This document shows positions 1 through 10,646 of a stretch of 64,000 bases of DNA, piece after piece; position 1 is the stretch's first letter, and every line of letters starts with the position of its first letter. The position numbers were made by a program, and so were the translations under genes. The stretch is from Candidatus Dormiibacterota bacterium. GTDB lineage: Bacteria > Chloroflexota > Dormibacteria > Aeolococcales > Aeolococcaceae. The notes under the pieces are model-generated. The model worked only from the letters and a program-made list of their open reading frames with translations, was not told the DNA's origin and searched no databases. The stretch spans positions 4,626-68,625 of the forward strand of contig CAVZQR010000008.1 of the NCBI GenBank assembly GCA_963777445.1, in the 5' to 3' direction.

Positions 1-1188
1 GCGGGCGCCTCACCGTCACACGGTGGCGTCATCCTGAGCCTCGCCCGCCTCAACCGGGTCCTCGGCGTCGAGTCCGAGGCCCTGCGCCTCCACGCTCAGG
101 CCGGCGCCGTCACCGCCGGGATCCACGCGAAGGCCGCTGCCGCCGGCCTGTACTACCCACCGGACCCGGGATCGTCCACGACCTGCACCATCGGCGGCAA
201 CGTCGCGTGCAACGCCGCCGGCCCGCACACACTGCGCTACGGCGTCACGGCCGATTTCGTCGCCGGCATCACGGCGGTGCTCTCCGACGGGAGGGTCGTC
301 CGCCTCGGCGAGGGCGGGGACACGTCGGCTGCAGGGCTGCTCTCGCTCCTGGTCGGCTCCGAGGGAACGCTCGGCGTGATCACCGAGGTGCTGCTTCGAC
401 TGATCCCCGCTCCGAAGACGCGGTCGACCCTCGCCGCCACCTTCAGCGGCATGGAGCGGGCCGCCGCAGCGGTTGCCGAGATCAGCGAGGCCGGCATCGT
501 CCCAGCGGCGCTGGAATTCCTCGATGCCGGAGCGCTCGATGCGGTCCGCAAGGCCGGGGGCGGCAACGTCGGCGGCGACGCCGCGGCGCTGCTCATCGTC
601 GAGCTCGAGGGTGAGCCGGGCACCGTTGGAGCCGATACGGAGGCCGCGTGCACGGCGATCACCCGCTCCGGCGCAGCACAGCTGCAGCGCGCCACCGAGC
701 CGGGTCAGGCCCAGCGTCTCTGGGCCGCGCGTAAGGCGGTCAGCGCCGCGGTGGCCAAGGTGCAGATCGGCAAGGTGAACGAGGACGTGGTCGTCCCCCG
801 CGATCGTGTCGCCGAGCTGGTCGCTCACACGCGCGACCTCGGGACCAAGCACCAGCTGCCGGTGGTGAACTTCGGTCACCTCGGTGATGGCAACGTCCAC
901 GCGACCTTCCTCATCGATCCGCGGATCGAGGGCGAACGGGCGCGCGCCGACGCCGCGGCCGGCGAGCTCTTCGAGACCGTGCTCGCCATGGGCGGGTCGC
1001 TCTCCGGGGAGCACGGCGTCGGCGCAGCCAAGCTGGCATACGTCGAGCGCCAGCTCGGGCCGGGGACGGTGGAGCTGATGCGCCGGATCAAGACGGCGCT
1101 CGATCCCAACAACGTGCTCAACCCGGGAAAGAAGATCCCGGAGCGTCAGCTCTCGGCGTCCAGCACGGCCAGCAACGAGGCCGCGTAG
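1..1188 (+). CDS. FAD-linked oxidase, glycolate oxidase GlcD / D-lactate dehydrogenase-like (5'-partial; continues upstream of the window)
   Basis: The frame is open from base 1. The translation shows an FAD-binding PCMH-type segment (GGNVACNAAGPHTLRYGVT) followed by the C-terminal oxidase domain (GEHGVGAAKLAYVERQLGP...LNPGKKIP). Confidence 0.8.
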   Translation, partial: AGASPSHGGVILSLARLNRVLGVESEALRLHAQAGAVTAGIHAKAAAAGLYYPPDPGSSTTCTIGGNVACNAAGPHTLRYGVTADFVAGITAVLSDGRVVRLGEGGDTSAAGLLSLLVGSEGTLGVITEVLLRLIPAPKTRSTLAATFSGMERAAAAVAEISEAGIVPAALEFLDAGALDAVRKAGGGNVGGDAAALLIVELEGEPGTVGADTEAACTAITRSGAAQLQRATEPGQAQRLWAARKAVSAAVAKVQIGKVNEDVVVPRDRVAELVAHTRDLGTKHQLPVVNFGHLGDGNVHATFLIDPRIEGERARADAAAGELFETVLAMGGSLSGEHGVGAAKLAYVERQLGPGTVELMRRIKTALDPNNVLNPGKKIPERQLSASSTASNEAA

Positions 1189-1493
1189 TCGGTCTCGTCG
1201 ATACGGCGAGCGAGCTCGCGCCCATCGTCGACCGGCAACTCCATCGACGCGTCGTACACGAAGCTGTAGACATTGCTGAGCGTCCAGTCACCGAACCCCA
1301 GGGATGCGAGCGCGTCGGGGAGCCTCGGCTCGCTCAGGTCGGCGTCGAAGGTGTCGGTCGCCGCTTTGTAGAGGGAGCTGAGGTTCCGGTACTCGGTCTC
1401 GTACTCCTCGATCAGCGCCGAGTCCGCCTCCTCGTCGCGCAGCCGGGCGAGCGTCCGGCGCAACGACTGGATCTCCAGCTGATACTCATCCAC
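1146..1493 (-). CDS. hypothetical small acidic protein
   Basis: The ORF is 115 aa with no recognisable domain. It overlaps the 3' end of the convergent oxidase gene by 43 nt. Confidence 0.3.
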   Translation of the reverse strand: MDEYQLEIQSLRRTLARLRDEEADSALIEEYETEYRNLSSLYKAATDTFDADLSEPRLPDALASLGFGDWTLSNVYSFVYDASMELPVDDGRELARRIDETDYAASLLAVLDAES

Positions 1494-1776
1494 CCTGCCA
1501 CGAGTTTAGAGGACAGGGGCGGGCTGCCAAGGGAACAGTCACTGGTGTCTGAATGAGCCTTCCTTGGGATACATGCGAGCAAAAGGCGGCGCTCGAGCGT
1601 GAAGAACGCGGCGGTAACGACAGCGAGTAGCGCCACACCACCGAAGATTCCCAGTCCAACCAGCCACCCGGGATCTCTGCTGGGAACGTTGCACCGGTCG
1701 GGACCGAAGCAGCAGCCGGCGGTGCCGGCCCCCGTCGAGGGGATTGGTTTGGTTCGAGCGACGCGACAGACCTGGA

Positions 1777-2535
1777 TCAGCCCGTTCGCACGTTCACGAG
1801 ATTCCCGACCAGGTGGCCCACCGTGAATGCTACGCCGGCGGCGACCACCGCGAAGCCAAGCTGGCGGAGCGCGGAGCGGACCCGCGAGCGACCGGTGAAG
1901 ATCGCCACCGTCCAGCCGACGGCGAGCACGGACACGGTACCGAGCCCGATCGACAGCATGGCTGCGAGAAAGCCGGTGGCAAAGAACCAGGGGAAGAGCG
2001 GGATGACGGCGCCGATCCCGAACATCACGAAGGACGACCCGGCCGCCTGCCATGGGTTCCCCGTCTTGCCGGGCCGCAGGCCCAGCTCCTCGCGGGCGTG
2101 AACCTCGAGGGCGACGTCCGGGTTCTTCATGATCGCCTCGGCGATGCGGCGCGCATCCGCCTCCTCCACCCCACGAAGGCGGTAGGTGGCCGCAAGCTCT
2201 CGCGTCTCGGCCTCCGGGTGGCGCTCGAGCTCGCGGCGCTCGATCTCCAGCTCGCGTTGGAGGAGCTCTGATTGAGCAGCCATGGAGACGTACTCACCGG
2301 CAGCCATTGAAAACGCCCCGGCGACCAGACCTGCCAACCCGGCGAGCAGAACCACTGACGGAAGCGGATTCGCTCCGGCGACGCCGAGGATCAGCGAGAT
2401 GTTGGTGAGCAGGCCGTCACTGATGCCGAACACCGCGGCTCGCGCGGCGCCACCCTGCAGATCGCGGTGATGCGACCGCTGGTGGGGCGTCGCGTGATCG
2501 CCGGCCTCGTCGACGGGAGCGGCGGTCTGCGCCAT
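1777..2535 (-). CDS. VIT1/CCC1-family iron/manganese transporter
   Basis: The ORF is 252 aa. The N-terminal cytoplasmic part is followed by TM helices with VIT-family signatures (FGISDGLLTNISLILGVAG ... AAGEYVSMAAQSE). Confidence 0.8.
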   Translation of the reverse strand: MAQTAAPVDEAGDHATPHQRSHHRDLQGGAARAAVFGISDGLLTNISLILGVAGANPLPSVVLLAGLAGLVAGAFSMAAGEYVSMAAQSELLQRELEIERRELERHPEAETRELAATYRLRGVEEADARRIAEAIMKNPDVALEVHAREELGLRPGKTGNPWQAAGSSFVMFGIGAVIPLFPWFFATGFLAAMLSIGLGTVSVLAVGWTVAIFTGRSRVRSALRQLGFAVVAAGVAFTVGHLVGNLVNVRTG

Positions 2536-2595
2536 GGAGACAGTATGCCGTCGTTCTCAGATCGCGCGTCCCGCGTCACGCGGCAGGGCTCGCGG

Positions 2596-4659
2596 CTAGA
2601 AGAAGAGGTGGTGCAGGGCGATGGTCGGGATGGCGAGGATGGCGATGATGTTCATCACCTTGATCATCGGGTTGATCGCCGGACCCGCCGTGTCCTTGTA
2701 CGGGTCGCCGACCGTGTCACCGGTGACCGCCGCGGCATGCGCGTCCGACCCCTTGCCGCCGAAGTTGCCCTCTTCGATGTACTTCTTGGCGTTGTCCCAC
2801 GCGCCACCGCCCGTGGTCATCTGCAGGGCGACGAAGAGGCCGACGACGATCGTTCCGAGCAGCATGGCGCCCAGCGCCTGGGCTCCGAGGACGAAGCCGA
2901 CGATCAGCGGGGCGATCACGGGGAGGATGCCGGGGATGATCATCTCCCGCTGCGCGGCGGCGGTCACGAGCGCGACGCACTTGCCGTATTCAGGCTTCGC
3001 GGTGCCCTCCATGATGCCTGGGATCTCGCGGAACTGACGCCGCACCTCGTTGACGACCTCGCCCGCCGCACGCCCGACCGCGAGCATCGCGAGCGAGCCG
3101 AACAGGAAGGGCATGATCCCGCCGAGGAGCAACCCGGCGATGACCGGGGGGGCGGTGAGATCGAACGTCACCAGCGGCAGGTTGTGGGCAGCCAGCGTGT
3201 TGTTGAGGATGTCGGTGTAGCTGGCAAAGAGCACCAGGGCGGCCAACCCGGCTGAACCGATGGCGTAACCCTTGGTCACTGCCTTCGTCGTGTTCCCGAC
3301 GGCGTCGAGGGGGTCTGTGACCTGACGGACGCTCTCGGGAAGATTGGCCATCTCGGCGATGCCGCCGGCGTTGTCGGTGATCGGGCCATACGAGTCGATG
3401 GCCACAACGATCCCGGTCATGCTCAGCAGCGCCGTCGCGGCGATGCCGATGCCGTAGAGGCCGCCGAGTGCGGCGGAGGCCAGGATGCCGATCGCGATGA
3501 TGAGCACGGGGATCGCGGTCCCCTCCATGCCGATCGCGAGCCCGGCGATGATGTTGGTCGCATGCCCGGTCTGCGATGCCCTGGCGATGGTGCGGACCGG
3601 CCAGAACTGCGCGCCCGTGAAGAACTCGGTCACCGCGACGATGAGCACGGTGATGACGATGCCGATCACCGCGCACCAGAAGAGGTTGAACACGGGGTGG
3701 TCGAAGTGGTTCAGATAGCCGCCGTTATTGAGCAGGATGGTGACGAGCAGGAAGCCCGCGAGCGCGACCACGGCCGCGACGAGCAGCCCTCGGTAGAGGG
3801 CGCCCATGATCCAGGTGCCGCGTCCCATGCGCACGAAGAACGTGCCGATGATCGACGCGACGATGCTCACCGCGCCGAGCATCAGCGGGTAGAAGACGAA
3901 CACGAGGTCGGGCTTGCCACCGACCTTGTAGAGCAGGCTCCCGAGCAGCATCGTGGCGACCGCGGTGACCGCGTATGTCTCGAAAAGGTCCGCTGCCATG
4001 CCGGCGCAGTCGCCCACGTTGTCGCCGACGTTGTCCGCGATGACCGCCGGGTTGCGGGGGTCGTCTTCGGGGATCCCGGCCTCGAGCTTGCCGACGAGGT
4101 CGGCGCCGACGTCAGCCGCCTTGGTGTAGATGCCGCCGCCGAGCCGGGCGAACACCGAGATGAGTGACGCCCCGAATGCGAAGCCGACGAGCGCGTTGAA
4201 ATCCTGGAAGAGCCCGTAGGCGAGGGCGACACCGATCAAGCCGAATCCGACCACGAAGAAACCGGTCACTGCGCCGCCCTTGAAGGCCAGCTGCAGCGCG
4301 GGGTTGATCCCACCGCGAGCCGCCTCAGCGGTGCGCAGGTTGGAACGCACCGAGATGTTCATGCCCACATACCCGGCGGCGCCGCTCAGCACCGCGCCGA
4401 TCAGGAAGAGGACGCCGGTCTTCCACCCGAGCGTGAACGTGAGGAACAGGAAGATGACCGCACCGATCCCGGCGATGATCGTGTACTGGCGGTTGAGGTA
4501 GGCCTGGGCGCCTTCCTGGATGGCCTTGGCGATCTCCTTCATCCGGTCGTTGCCTTCCGGCTGACGGAGTACCCAGAAGATCAGATAGACGGCGAAGAGG
4601 AGAGCCAGCAGCCCCGCCGCCGCGATGGGCAGCAGGATGGCGCGATCAAGGGTCGGCAT
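2596..4659 (-). CDS. hppA: membrane-bound proton-translocating inorganic pyrophosphatase (H+-PPase)
   Basis: The ORF is 687 aa and polytopic, with strong H+-PPase motifs: [26 protein letters not shown] and [22 protein letters not shown]. Confidence 0.92.
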   Translation of the reverse strand: MPTLDRAILLPIAAAGLLALLFAVYLIFWVLRQPEGNDRMKEIAKAIQEGAQAYLNRQYTIIAGIGAVIFLFLTFTLGWKTGVLFLIGAVLSGAAGYVGMNISVRSNLRTAEAARGGINPALQLAFKGGAVTGFFVVGFGLIGVALAYGLFQDFNALVGFAFGASLISVFARLGGGIYTKAADVGADLVGKLEAGIPEDDPRNPAVIADNVGDNVGDCAGMAADLFETYAVTAVATMLLGSLLYKVGGKPDLVFVFYPLMLGAVSIVASIIGTFFVRMGRGTWIMGALYRGLLVAAVVALAGFLLVTILLNNGGYLNHFDHPVFNLFWCAVIGIVITVLIVAVTEFFTGAQFWPVRTIARASQTGHATNIIAGLAIGMEGTAIPVLIIAIGILASAALGGLYGIGIAATALLSMTGIVVAIDSYGPITDNAGGIAEMANLPESVRQVTDPLDAVGNTTKAVTKGYAIGSAGLAALVLFASYTDILNNTLAAHNLPLVTFDLTAPPVIAGLLLGGIMPFLFGSLAMLAVGRAAGEVVNEVRRQFREIPGIMEGTAKPEYGKCVALVTAAAQREMIIPGILPVIAPLIVGFVLGAQALGAMLLGTIVVGLFVALQMTTGGGAWDNAKKYIEEGNFGGKGSDAHAAAVTGDTVGDPYKDTAGPAINPMIKVMNIIAILAIPTIALHHLFF

Positions 4660-4686
4660 TGCGCAGAGGTCTCCTCAGGACAGTGA

Positions 4687-5556
4687 GTGAGTGCCCAGGC
4701 GGCTCTGATCCGCGCCGCCCCGGGGCCGCAGCATTGTACCCGGCCGGTCCTCCCACACACCAAGGCCTATGCTGAAACAGTGCCGAAAGCCACCGGTCTG
4801 ACCGCGATTGTGACCGTCGGCGACGAGATCCTGAGCGGGCATACGCAGGACACCAACTCGAGCCTCCTGGCGCGCCTTGCGTTCGCTGCAGGCCATCCGG
4901 TCGCGCGTATCGAGGTGGTCGGCGACCAGCCGGCGGCGATCGTCGCGGCGATCCGGAGGGCGATCGACGACCCGGGCATCACGAGGATCGCCGTCTGCGG
5001 CGGCATCGGGCCGACGCCCGACGACCGGACGTTCCAAGCCGTCGCCGACGCGCTCGGGCGGCCGCTCGAGCTCAACCCGATCGCCTACGCGAACATCGAA
5101 GCCCTGGCGCGGCGCATGCACGCGGCCGGATGGATCGACAGGCCCGTGGTATCGGAGGCCAACCGGCGCTGCGCGATGGTGCCCGTCGGTTCGACGGTGC
5201 TGATCAACCGGCGAGGAATGGCGCCCCCGCTGGCGATCGACATCGGCGACGACCGCTGGCTCTTCGTGCTCCCAGGCGTCCCCCGGGAGTTTGTGACCAT
5301 CGTCGAGGAAGAGCTCATCCCCGGATACTTCGCCGGCGGAACGGCCCCGATCGTGCGCGAGGTGCACTACCGCTCGGTCCCGGAGTCCGAGATGTCTCAG
5401 CCCATGCTCGTGCTCGAGCAGGAATTCCCCGACGTGACAGTCGGTTCGTATCCGCACGTGGAGCAGCGCGACCTCGTCATCCGGCTTCGCGGGCGCGAGG
5501 CCGACCGAGTTGACGCCGCCGTCGCACGGCTGCGCTCGCTACGCAGCGACAGCTAG
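4687..5556 (+). CDS. CinA-like competence/damage-inducible protein (MoCF-biosynthesis-type domain)
   Basis: The segment TAIVTVGDEILSGHTQDTNS...GGIGPTPDD is typical of the CinA N-terminal domain. The true start is probably a downstream GTG near 4780. Confidence 0.65.
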   Translation: MSAQAALIRAAPGPQHCTRPVLPHTKAYAETVPKATGLTAIVTVGDEILSGHTQDTNSSLLARLAFAAGHPVARIEVVGDQPAAIVAAIRRAIDDPGITRIAVCGGIGPTPDDRTFQAVADALGRPLELNPIAYANIEALARRMHAAGWIDRPVVSEANRRCAMVPVGSTVLINRRGMAPPLAIDIGDDRWLFVLPGVPREFVTIVEEELIPGYFAGGTAPIVREVHYRSVPESEMSQPMLVLEQEFPDVTVGSYPHVEQRDLVIRLRGREADRVDAAVARLRSLRSDS

Positions 5557-5586
5557 GAGCGAACGGAGCGGGTTACCCCGCTACGA

Positions 5587-5787
5587 TCAGACCTTCTGGA
5601 GGTTGCGCGCGCGCGGGCCCTTGGGCGAGTCGACGATGTCGAACGTCACCTGCTCGCCTTCCTGGAGGGCGTCGAAGTCGACGGTGGTCAGCTCGGTGCG
5701 ATGAAAGAACACCTCGTTGCCATCGTCTGCACGGACGAATCCAAATCCACGGTCGGGAATAATCTTCTTGATTCTTCCAGCGGTCAC
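5587..5787 (-). CDS. csp: cold-shock protein (CspA family)
   Basis: The 66-aa reading VTAGRIKKIIPDRGFGFVRADDGNEVFFH...QKV has the RNP1 (GFGF) and RNP2 (VFFH) motifs. A GTG start is preceded by GGAGGA at 6-nt spacing. The longer 184-aa ORF in the track is an upstream extension artefact. Confidence 0.85.
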   Translation of the reverse strand: MTAGRIKKIIPDRGFGFVRADDGNEVFFHRTELTTVDFDALQEGEQVTFDIVDSPKGPRARNLQKV

Positions 5788-5929
5788 AGCATGTCCTCCA
5801 GGACTCTCGCCGACACGGACGCCCACCGCGTTCACGACCACTATGGGAGCGTCCCCTGTCAGCAATGGGAACCCGCAAAAGACCGCGATGGAAGCACCGA
5901 ATGAAGACGATTTCCCGCCGTTCCGGTGC

Positions 5930-7096
5930 TCACCGCAGCATAGCAGGGTATTCGCTTGAGCCGCGTTCCCAGGCCGCACGGAGTTCGTGCAGGCTTTCGG
6001 GAAGATTCGCGTAATAGTCGTCCACATCGATCCGCTCGGGCCACGGGCTGGGGACCGAACGTTCGCGCTCATGACGCGCCACCTCCACCCAGGCACTCCC
6101 GAACGCCGTCTCAGCTCCCGATGAGTCGACGACACCCGCATCGCGCAGGTGCTGCTGACGGTCGAACGGCGGCACCTCGGCGGCGCGTGGTCCGGGGTTG
6201 CTCCACATCGCCGCCATCAGCCCCGCACACCCGCAATCGATCAGCGCGTCGACAGCCCCGGCGACAAACCGCCGGGTGCGCGCGTCGCGCTCGCTCTCCG
6301 ACTCGTCGTCATCGGTTGCAGCGGGCGCGCTCGGCTGCAGATGCGCAACCATCGGCGCCGAACCGCTGAGCAACTCGAAGAGCTGTGCCAGAAACGTCGC
6401 CGCCGCCGGTTCGCGCTCGCCGCCAACCTGCGCGAGCGAACTGCCCGTGACGTCGAGACCGAGAATGTCGACCAGGCTCGCCACAGCAGCCGGACGCACA
6501 GCCCGCGCAATCACGACGTCATCGGTGCTCAGTGACAGCATGCAGCGTTGCTCACGCTCATGAATCCGTTCACTGATCAGCGCCACCCAGGTCCGCAGGT
6601 GTTCGATTCGCAGCGGTCGCACACCGCCGGCGGGATCATGTCCGATATCCCACATCGCAACCGCGGGGTGTCCGGCGAAGGCTCCGAGCATCTCGTCGAC
6701 CCAGCGGACGCACACCTCGACCATCAGCTGGTCCGTGTAGACGTAGCGCGACCCGCCGGGCTGCGTCACGGCGTCGGACACGGCGCGCACACCACTGCGG
6801 CGCGCGCCGACATCGATCGCGTACGACGGGAGCATCACGCACCCGCCGATCGTCTGCACGAACAGCACGGGAACCACCTGCAATGAGAGTTCGGTGGCGA
6901 CCCTCAGGAAATGCTCGAGATTGCGCAGACGCGCCGGCTCCACACGCGCGGGCGTCGGCATGAATGCGTCCCAGAGCAGGTGCGTGCGCACGGTGTGATG
7001 GCCGGCCGCCTTGATGGCGCGCAACTCTCCTTCGGTGCGTGCGGCGTCGTATTCGTGCCACACGTACGGCCCAACCTCGCGCGACCAGTACGTCAC
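5930..7096 (-). CDS. glycoside hydrolase-like TIM-barrel protein (GH5-like)
   Basis: The segment GELRAIKAAGHHTVRTHLLWDAFMP and the overall length fit a GH5-type hydrolase. The start was trimmed to the first in-frame GTG that does not overlap the upstream SDR gene, so the start is uncertain. Confidence 0.55.
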   Translation of the reverse strand: MTYWSREVGPYVWHEYDAARTEGELRAIKAAGHHTVRTHLLWDAFMPTPARVEPARLRNLEHFLRVATELSLQVVPVLFVQTIGGCVMLPSYAIDVGARRSGVRAVSDAVTQPGGSRYVYTDQLMVEVCVRWVDEMLGAFAGHPAVAMWDIGHDPAGGVRPLRIEHLRTWVALISERIHEREQRCMLSLSTDDVVIARAVRPAAVASLVDILGLDVTGSSLAQVGGEREPAAATFLAQLFELLSGSAPMVAHLQPSAPAATDDDESESERDARTRRFVAGAVDALIDCGCAGLMAAMWSNPGPRAAEVPPFDRQQHLRDAGVVDSSGAETAFGSAWVEVARHERERSVPSPWPERIDVDDYYANLPESLHELRAAWERGSSEYPAMLR

Positions 7097-7139
7097 GCCG
7101 ATGTCGACCGGTTGACGCGTCGCGCGCGGAGTGGTCGGG

Positions 7140-7973
7140 TCAGTAGACGAAGAGGTCGATGCCTCCCGCGACCGTGATGACCTGGCCGGTGATGTAGCGC
7201 GCCTCCGGAGACGTGAGGAACACGATGGTGTTCGCAATGTCCTCCGGTTCGCCGGCGCTGCGCATGGCGGTGCGCAGGACCATGCGATCGTTCATCTTCG
7301 CGTCGCCCATCTTCCACGCCTCGGTGCCGATGACGCCTGGCGCGATGATGTTCGCGGTGATTCCGAAGCGCGCGCCTTCGAGGGCCATCGACTTGCCGAG
7401 CCCGATCACCGCCGCCTTGGTCGACGCGTACGAGGCCTGGCCGAATCCGCCGAGCGTGCCCGCGACCGACGCCATGTAGATGACCCGGCCCCACCCTCGC
7501 TCGCGCATGTACGGCCACGCCGCCTTGGTGCAGTTGAACGCCCCTGAGAGGTTCACGCGCAGATCGCGATCCCACAGCTCGTCGTTCTGATGCTCGATCT
7601 GCCCGATGTGGTCGAGCGTTCCGGCGTTGTTGACCAGGATGTCGAGCGAGCCGAAATCCTTCTTGATGGTGGCGAAGACCTCGCGAATCTGCTCGCGGTT
7701 GGTCACGTCCATCTTCATCGCCGCCGAGCGGCGACCCATCTGGCGGATCTCCTCGCTGGTCTTCTCCGCGTACACGACGTGCTGCGAGCTGAACAGCTGG
7801 GCGAGTGCGGAGTGCGCCTCCTCCGCGGCCTTTTCGAGCTCCGGGTCCGACTCGATCAGGATGTCGGTGACGACGACGTCAGCGCCGGCGCGGGCGAGCG
7901 CGAGGCAGTCCGCCCTGCCGAGGCCGCGCGATCCCCCGGTGACGACGGCGACCTTCCCGGTCAGATCGAACAT
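7140..7973 (-). CDS. SDR-family oxidoreductase (3-oxoacyl-ACP reductase-like)
   Basis: The ORF has TGGSRGLG, NNAG and the YASTKAAV catalytic motifs of the short-chain dehydrogenase family. Confidence 0.85.
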   Translation of the reverse strand: MFDLTGKVAVVTGGSRGLGRADCLALARAGADVVVTDILIESDPELEKAAEEAHSALAQLFSSQHVVYAEKTSEEIRQMGRRSAAMKMDVTNREQIREVFATIKKDFGSLDILVNNAGTLDHIGQIEHQNDELWDRDLRVNLSGAFNCTKAAWPYMRERGWGRVIYMASVAGTLGGFGQASYASTKAAVIGLGKSMALEGARFGITANIIAPGVIGTEAWKMGDAKMNDRMVLRTAMRSAGEPEDIANTIVFLTSPEARYITGQVITVAGGIDLFVY

Positions 7974-8042
7974 GCAACGCTCCTCGAGAGGCAGGTGATG
8001 CGGCGATCGGAGAGCTTAGCGCTCGGTCCGCAGAACAGGCTC

Positions 8043-9377
8043 ATGACAGGACGATGGCGCCCGCCGGAAGCTCGTGCGCGCGGGCCTACCCTCGGGAGCG
8101 TGTTGCCGCAACCCCCGCCGACGGATGCCGGGCCATTCCCCGCGCCGCCTCCATTCACCCCGGCGGCTCCGCCTTCATCCTGGCTGCCCGCCCCGCCTCC
8201 CCCGTCGAGCCCCGATCGGCGCTGGGCGCCGGCGATGGCGTTCGGGCTCGTGCTTGCCCTGGTCGCGGTGACGGCAGCAAGTTCGCTCCTGATCGCGCGG
8301 GCGATCAGCAACGGCTTTCCGAATCACGCCATCGTCGACCTCCCGTCGGCATTCCCGGCGCCGTCGCTGCCGGCCCAACCGTCAACGCCGGCGGTGTCGA
8401 GCCTTGCCGCCCTGCTCACGGTCCTCACCGCCACACCCGATACGCCCGGGGTCACCGTCGACCAGGCGCTGGCGGCGCGAATCGTCGACGCCATGTGGCC
8501 TGTCCGGGAGCAGGCGCTCAACTCATCCGACCTCGGCACGCTCGCCGAATTCGAGACGGGCAGCGCCCTCGACGGGGACACCGCGGTCCTGGCCGCGAGG
8601 GCGTGCGGCTGCCCCGACCCGCTGCCGCGTCCCGTTGGGAGCCTCAACCTCTTCGTCCCCCGGGAGAGCACGTACCCGGCGTGGTTCATCAGCGAGGTGA
8701 CCACGAGCCCGGTCAACGGCTCCTCGCCCGGCGTGTCGCTGATGGTCTTCACCCGCGCATCGGTGGCAGCGCACTGGATGGTCTCGCTCGAGACGGGGTA
8801 TTCGTTCGCGAGCGGCGATGCATGGATCTACGCAACGCCCGAGGCGATCCCCGGTGGCTTCGACCTCCCGACCCCGACTCGCAACGAGTTGCCCGGCGAT
8901 CTCGCCGCCTACTACCAGCATTGGGCAAGTGAAGGCACCACTCCGACGAGCCCCTTCGCCCCGGGGGTCTTCACATCGGCACAGGGCAAGGCCCAGGTCG
9001 CGCTGGACCAGAGCTTCACCGCGGCGGGGCAGGTGCATCGAGTTGTCTACTCGATCGATCTCGCCGGGGACGGGGTCTGGTCGGTCGCGGCCAACAACGT
9101 CAGGCAGCAGCCCGTATACGGATGGGGACTGACCTGCGGAACGGTGCGCTACGAGGCGGTGACCAGCCTCGCCAAGGGTGCCCTGCCGATGATCCAGCCG
9201 GCAGACCTTTCGACCTGGGGATCATCGGTCCCAGCCGGCCAGTACACCCGGATCACGCAGTGGGGGCTGCACGAGAGTTGCGTCCTCGACGACGCCGCGG
9301 GCATCCCGTTCATCGTGCTGGGGCACAACGGTGGCGTGATCCGATCCACCGGCATCCTCGCCGGTGGATCGATCTGA
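8043..9377 (+). CDS. hypothetical single-pass membrane protein with proline-rich N-terminus
   Basis: The ORF shows a Pro-rich segment, one hydrophobic helix (AFGLVLALVAVTAASSLLIA) and then an extracytoplasmic domain of about 370 aa with no recognisable family. The first 450 nt of the track ORF overlap the SDR gene on the opposite strand, so they were discarded. Confidence 0.45.
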   Translation: MTGRWRPPEARARGPTLGSVLPQPPPTDAGPFPAPPPFTPAAPPSSWLPAPPPPSSPDRRWAPAMAFGLVLALVAVTAASSLLIARAISNGFPNHAIVDLPSAFPAPSLPAQPSTPAVSSLAALLTVLTATPDTPGVTVDQALAARIVDAMWPVREQALNSSDLGTLAEFETGSALDGDTAVLAARACGCPDPLPRPVGSLNLFVPRESTYPAWFISEVTTSPVNGSSPGVSLMVFTRASVAAHWMVSLETGYSFASGDAWIYATPEAIPGGFDLPTPTRNELPGDLAAYYQHWASEGTTPTSPFAPGVFTSAQGKAQVALDQSFTAAGQVHRVVYSIDLAGDGVWSVAANNVRQQPVYGWGLTCGTVRYEAVTSLAKGALPMIQPADLSTWGSSVPAGQYTRITQWGLHESCVLDDAAGIPFIVLGHNGGVIRSTGILAGGSI

Positions 9378-9389
9378 TCGGAGCCTGGC

Positions 9390-10634
9390 TCAGCCTGCCG
9401 CCGCGACGGCGGGCATCGACGGCGTGTCCGCAACCAGGCGGGGGCGCGCCGCAGTCGCGGTGCGCTCGCCGAGGACATAGCGACTGATCACCAGGCGCTG
9501 GATCTCGGCGGTGCCTTCCCAGATCTGGTAGATCTTCGCGTCGCGCATGAACCGCTCGACCGGGTAGTCCTTGATGTAGCCGTAGCCACCGAGGATCTGC
9601 ACCGCGTCGACGGTGACGCGCATCGCCATGTCACCGGCAAACAGCTTCGCCATCGACCCCTCGCCGCGCGAGAGCGGGATGCCGTTCATCACCATCCACC
9701 CGGCGCGCCACGTGAGCAGGCGCGCGGCGTCGATCTCGGTGGCCATGTCGGCGAGCTTGAAGGCGATCGCCTCGTGCTTGGCGATCGGCTTGCCGAACGC
9801 GACCCGCTGCAGCGAATAGTCGCGTGCGAATTCGAACGCGGCTCGCGCGATACCGAGCGCGCCGGCGGCGACCATCGGCCGTGTCGCCTCGAGCATGATC
9901 ATCGCGCCGACGCGTCCCGGACCCGTCTCCGCACCGCTCGCGTCGTAGCCGAGGCGCTGGTTGTCGGGGATGAAGCAGTCCTCGAAGATGACCTGCGCGG
10001 TGTGCGAGGCGCGCACGCCGAGCTTGCGCTCCTTGCGTCCCTGACGCATGCCGGGGGTGCCCTTCTCGATGACGAAACCGGCAACGCCGAGCGGGCCGAC
10101 CGACTTGTCGGTGGTCGCGAAGGCAACCTGGATATCGGCGATCCCGCCGTTGGTGCAGAACTGCTTGGTGCCGTTGAGCACGTAGCCACCGTCGACCTTG
10201 GTTGCGGTCGTCTCCAGCGCCAGCGAGTCGGAGCCGCTGTTCGGCTCGGTGAGGCCCATGGCGCCGATCTTCAACTCGGGACCGGTGAGGATGGAAATGT
10301 ATTTCTGCTTCTGTTCCTCGGTGCCCATCGCGAGGATCGCGGTGGCGGCCAGACCGGTGGCACCAATCGACGTCGCGATCCCGGCATCGCCCCAGGACAG
10401 CTCCTCTTCACGGATGAGGTTGGTGACCAGGTCGATGCCACCCCCGCCATACTGCTCCGGGAAGCTCGCCGTCGCATCCAGCCCGAGGGCGTGCGCCTTG
10501 CGCATCACATCCCAGGGCGTCTCCTCGGCCTCGTCGTAGCGCTCGGCGACCGGGCGCATCTCCTTCTCGGCGAACTCGTGCGCGAGCGCCCGGATCTCCT
10601 CCTGTTCGCGGGTGAGCGAGAAGTCCAGTCCCAT
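9390..10634 (-). CDS. acyl-CoA dehydrogenase
   Basis: The ORF is 414 aa and matches the acyl-CoA dehydrogenase family throughout (GLTEPNSGSD, IYQIWEGTAEIQRLVISR). Confidence 0.88.
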   Translation of the reverse strand: MGLDFSLTREQEEIRALAHEFAEKEMRPVAERYDEAEETPWDVMRKAHALGLDATASFPEQYGGGGIDLVTNLIREEELSWGDAGIATSIGATGLAATAILAMGTEEQKQKYISILTGPELKIGAMGLTEPNSGSDSLALETTATKVDGGYVLNGTKQFCTNGGIADIQVAFATTDKSVGPLGVAGFVIEKGTPGMRQGRKERKLGVRASHTAQVIFEDCFIPDNQRLGYDASGAETGPGRVGAMIMLEATRPMVAAGALGIARAAFEFARDYSLQRVAFGKPIAKHEAIAFKLADMATEIDAARLLTWRAGWMVMNGIPLSRGEGSMAKLFAGDMAMRVTVDAVQILGGYGYIKDYPVERFMRDAKIYQIWEGTAEIQRLVISRYVLGERTATAARPRLVADTPSMPAVAAAG

Positions 10635-10646
10635 GTTCGTGGTCCC

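Noticed and set aside
1412-2053. A 213-aa ORF containing a TM-like peptide (WLVGLGIFGGVALLAVVTAAFF).
   Set aside because: It overlaps the VIT transporter gene in another frame, and no in-frame start precedes the hydrophobic segment.
2467-4232. Several ORFs of 100 to 260 aa in other frames over the hppA gene (2467..3255, 2990..3676, 3562..4167, 3882..4232).
   Set aside because: They are antisense or alternate-frame to a 687-aa H+-PPase gene with unmistakable motifs.
5788-6141. The upstream extension that makes the cold-shock gene a 184-aa ORF.
   Set aside because: Csp proteins are about 67 aa. A GTG with a GGAGGA Shine-Dalgarno sits exactly at the conserved N-terminus, and the extension has no similarity to known proteins.
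7590-8042. The N-terminal 150 codons of the 595-aa ORF at 7590..9377.
   Set aside because: This part overlaps the SDR gene on the opposite strand. A better start (ATG at 8043) lies just downstream of the SDR gene.
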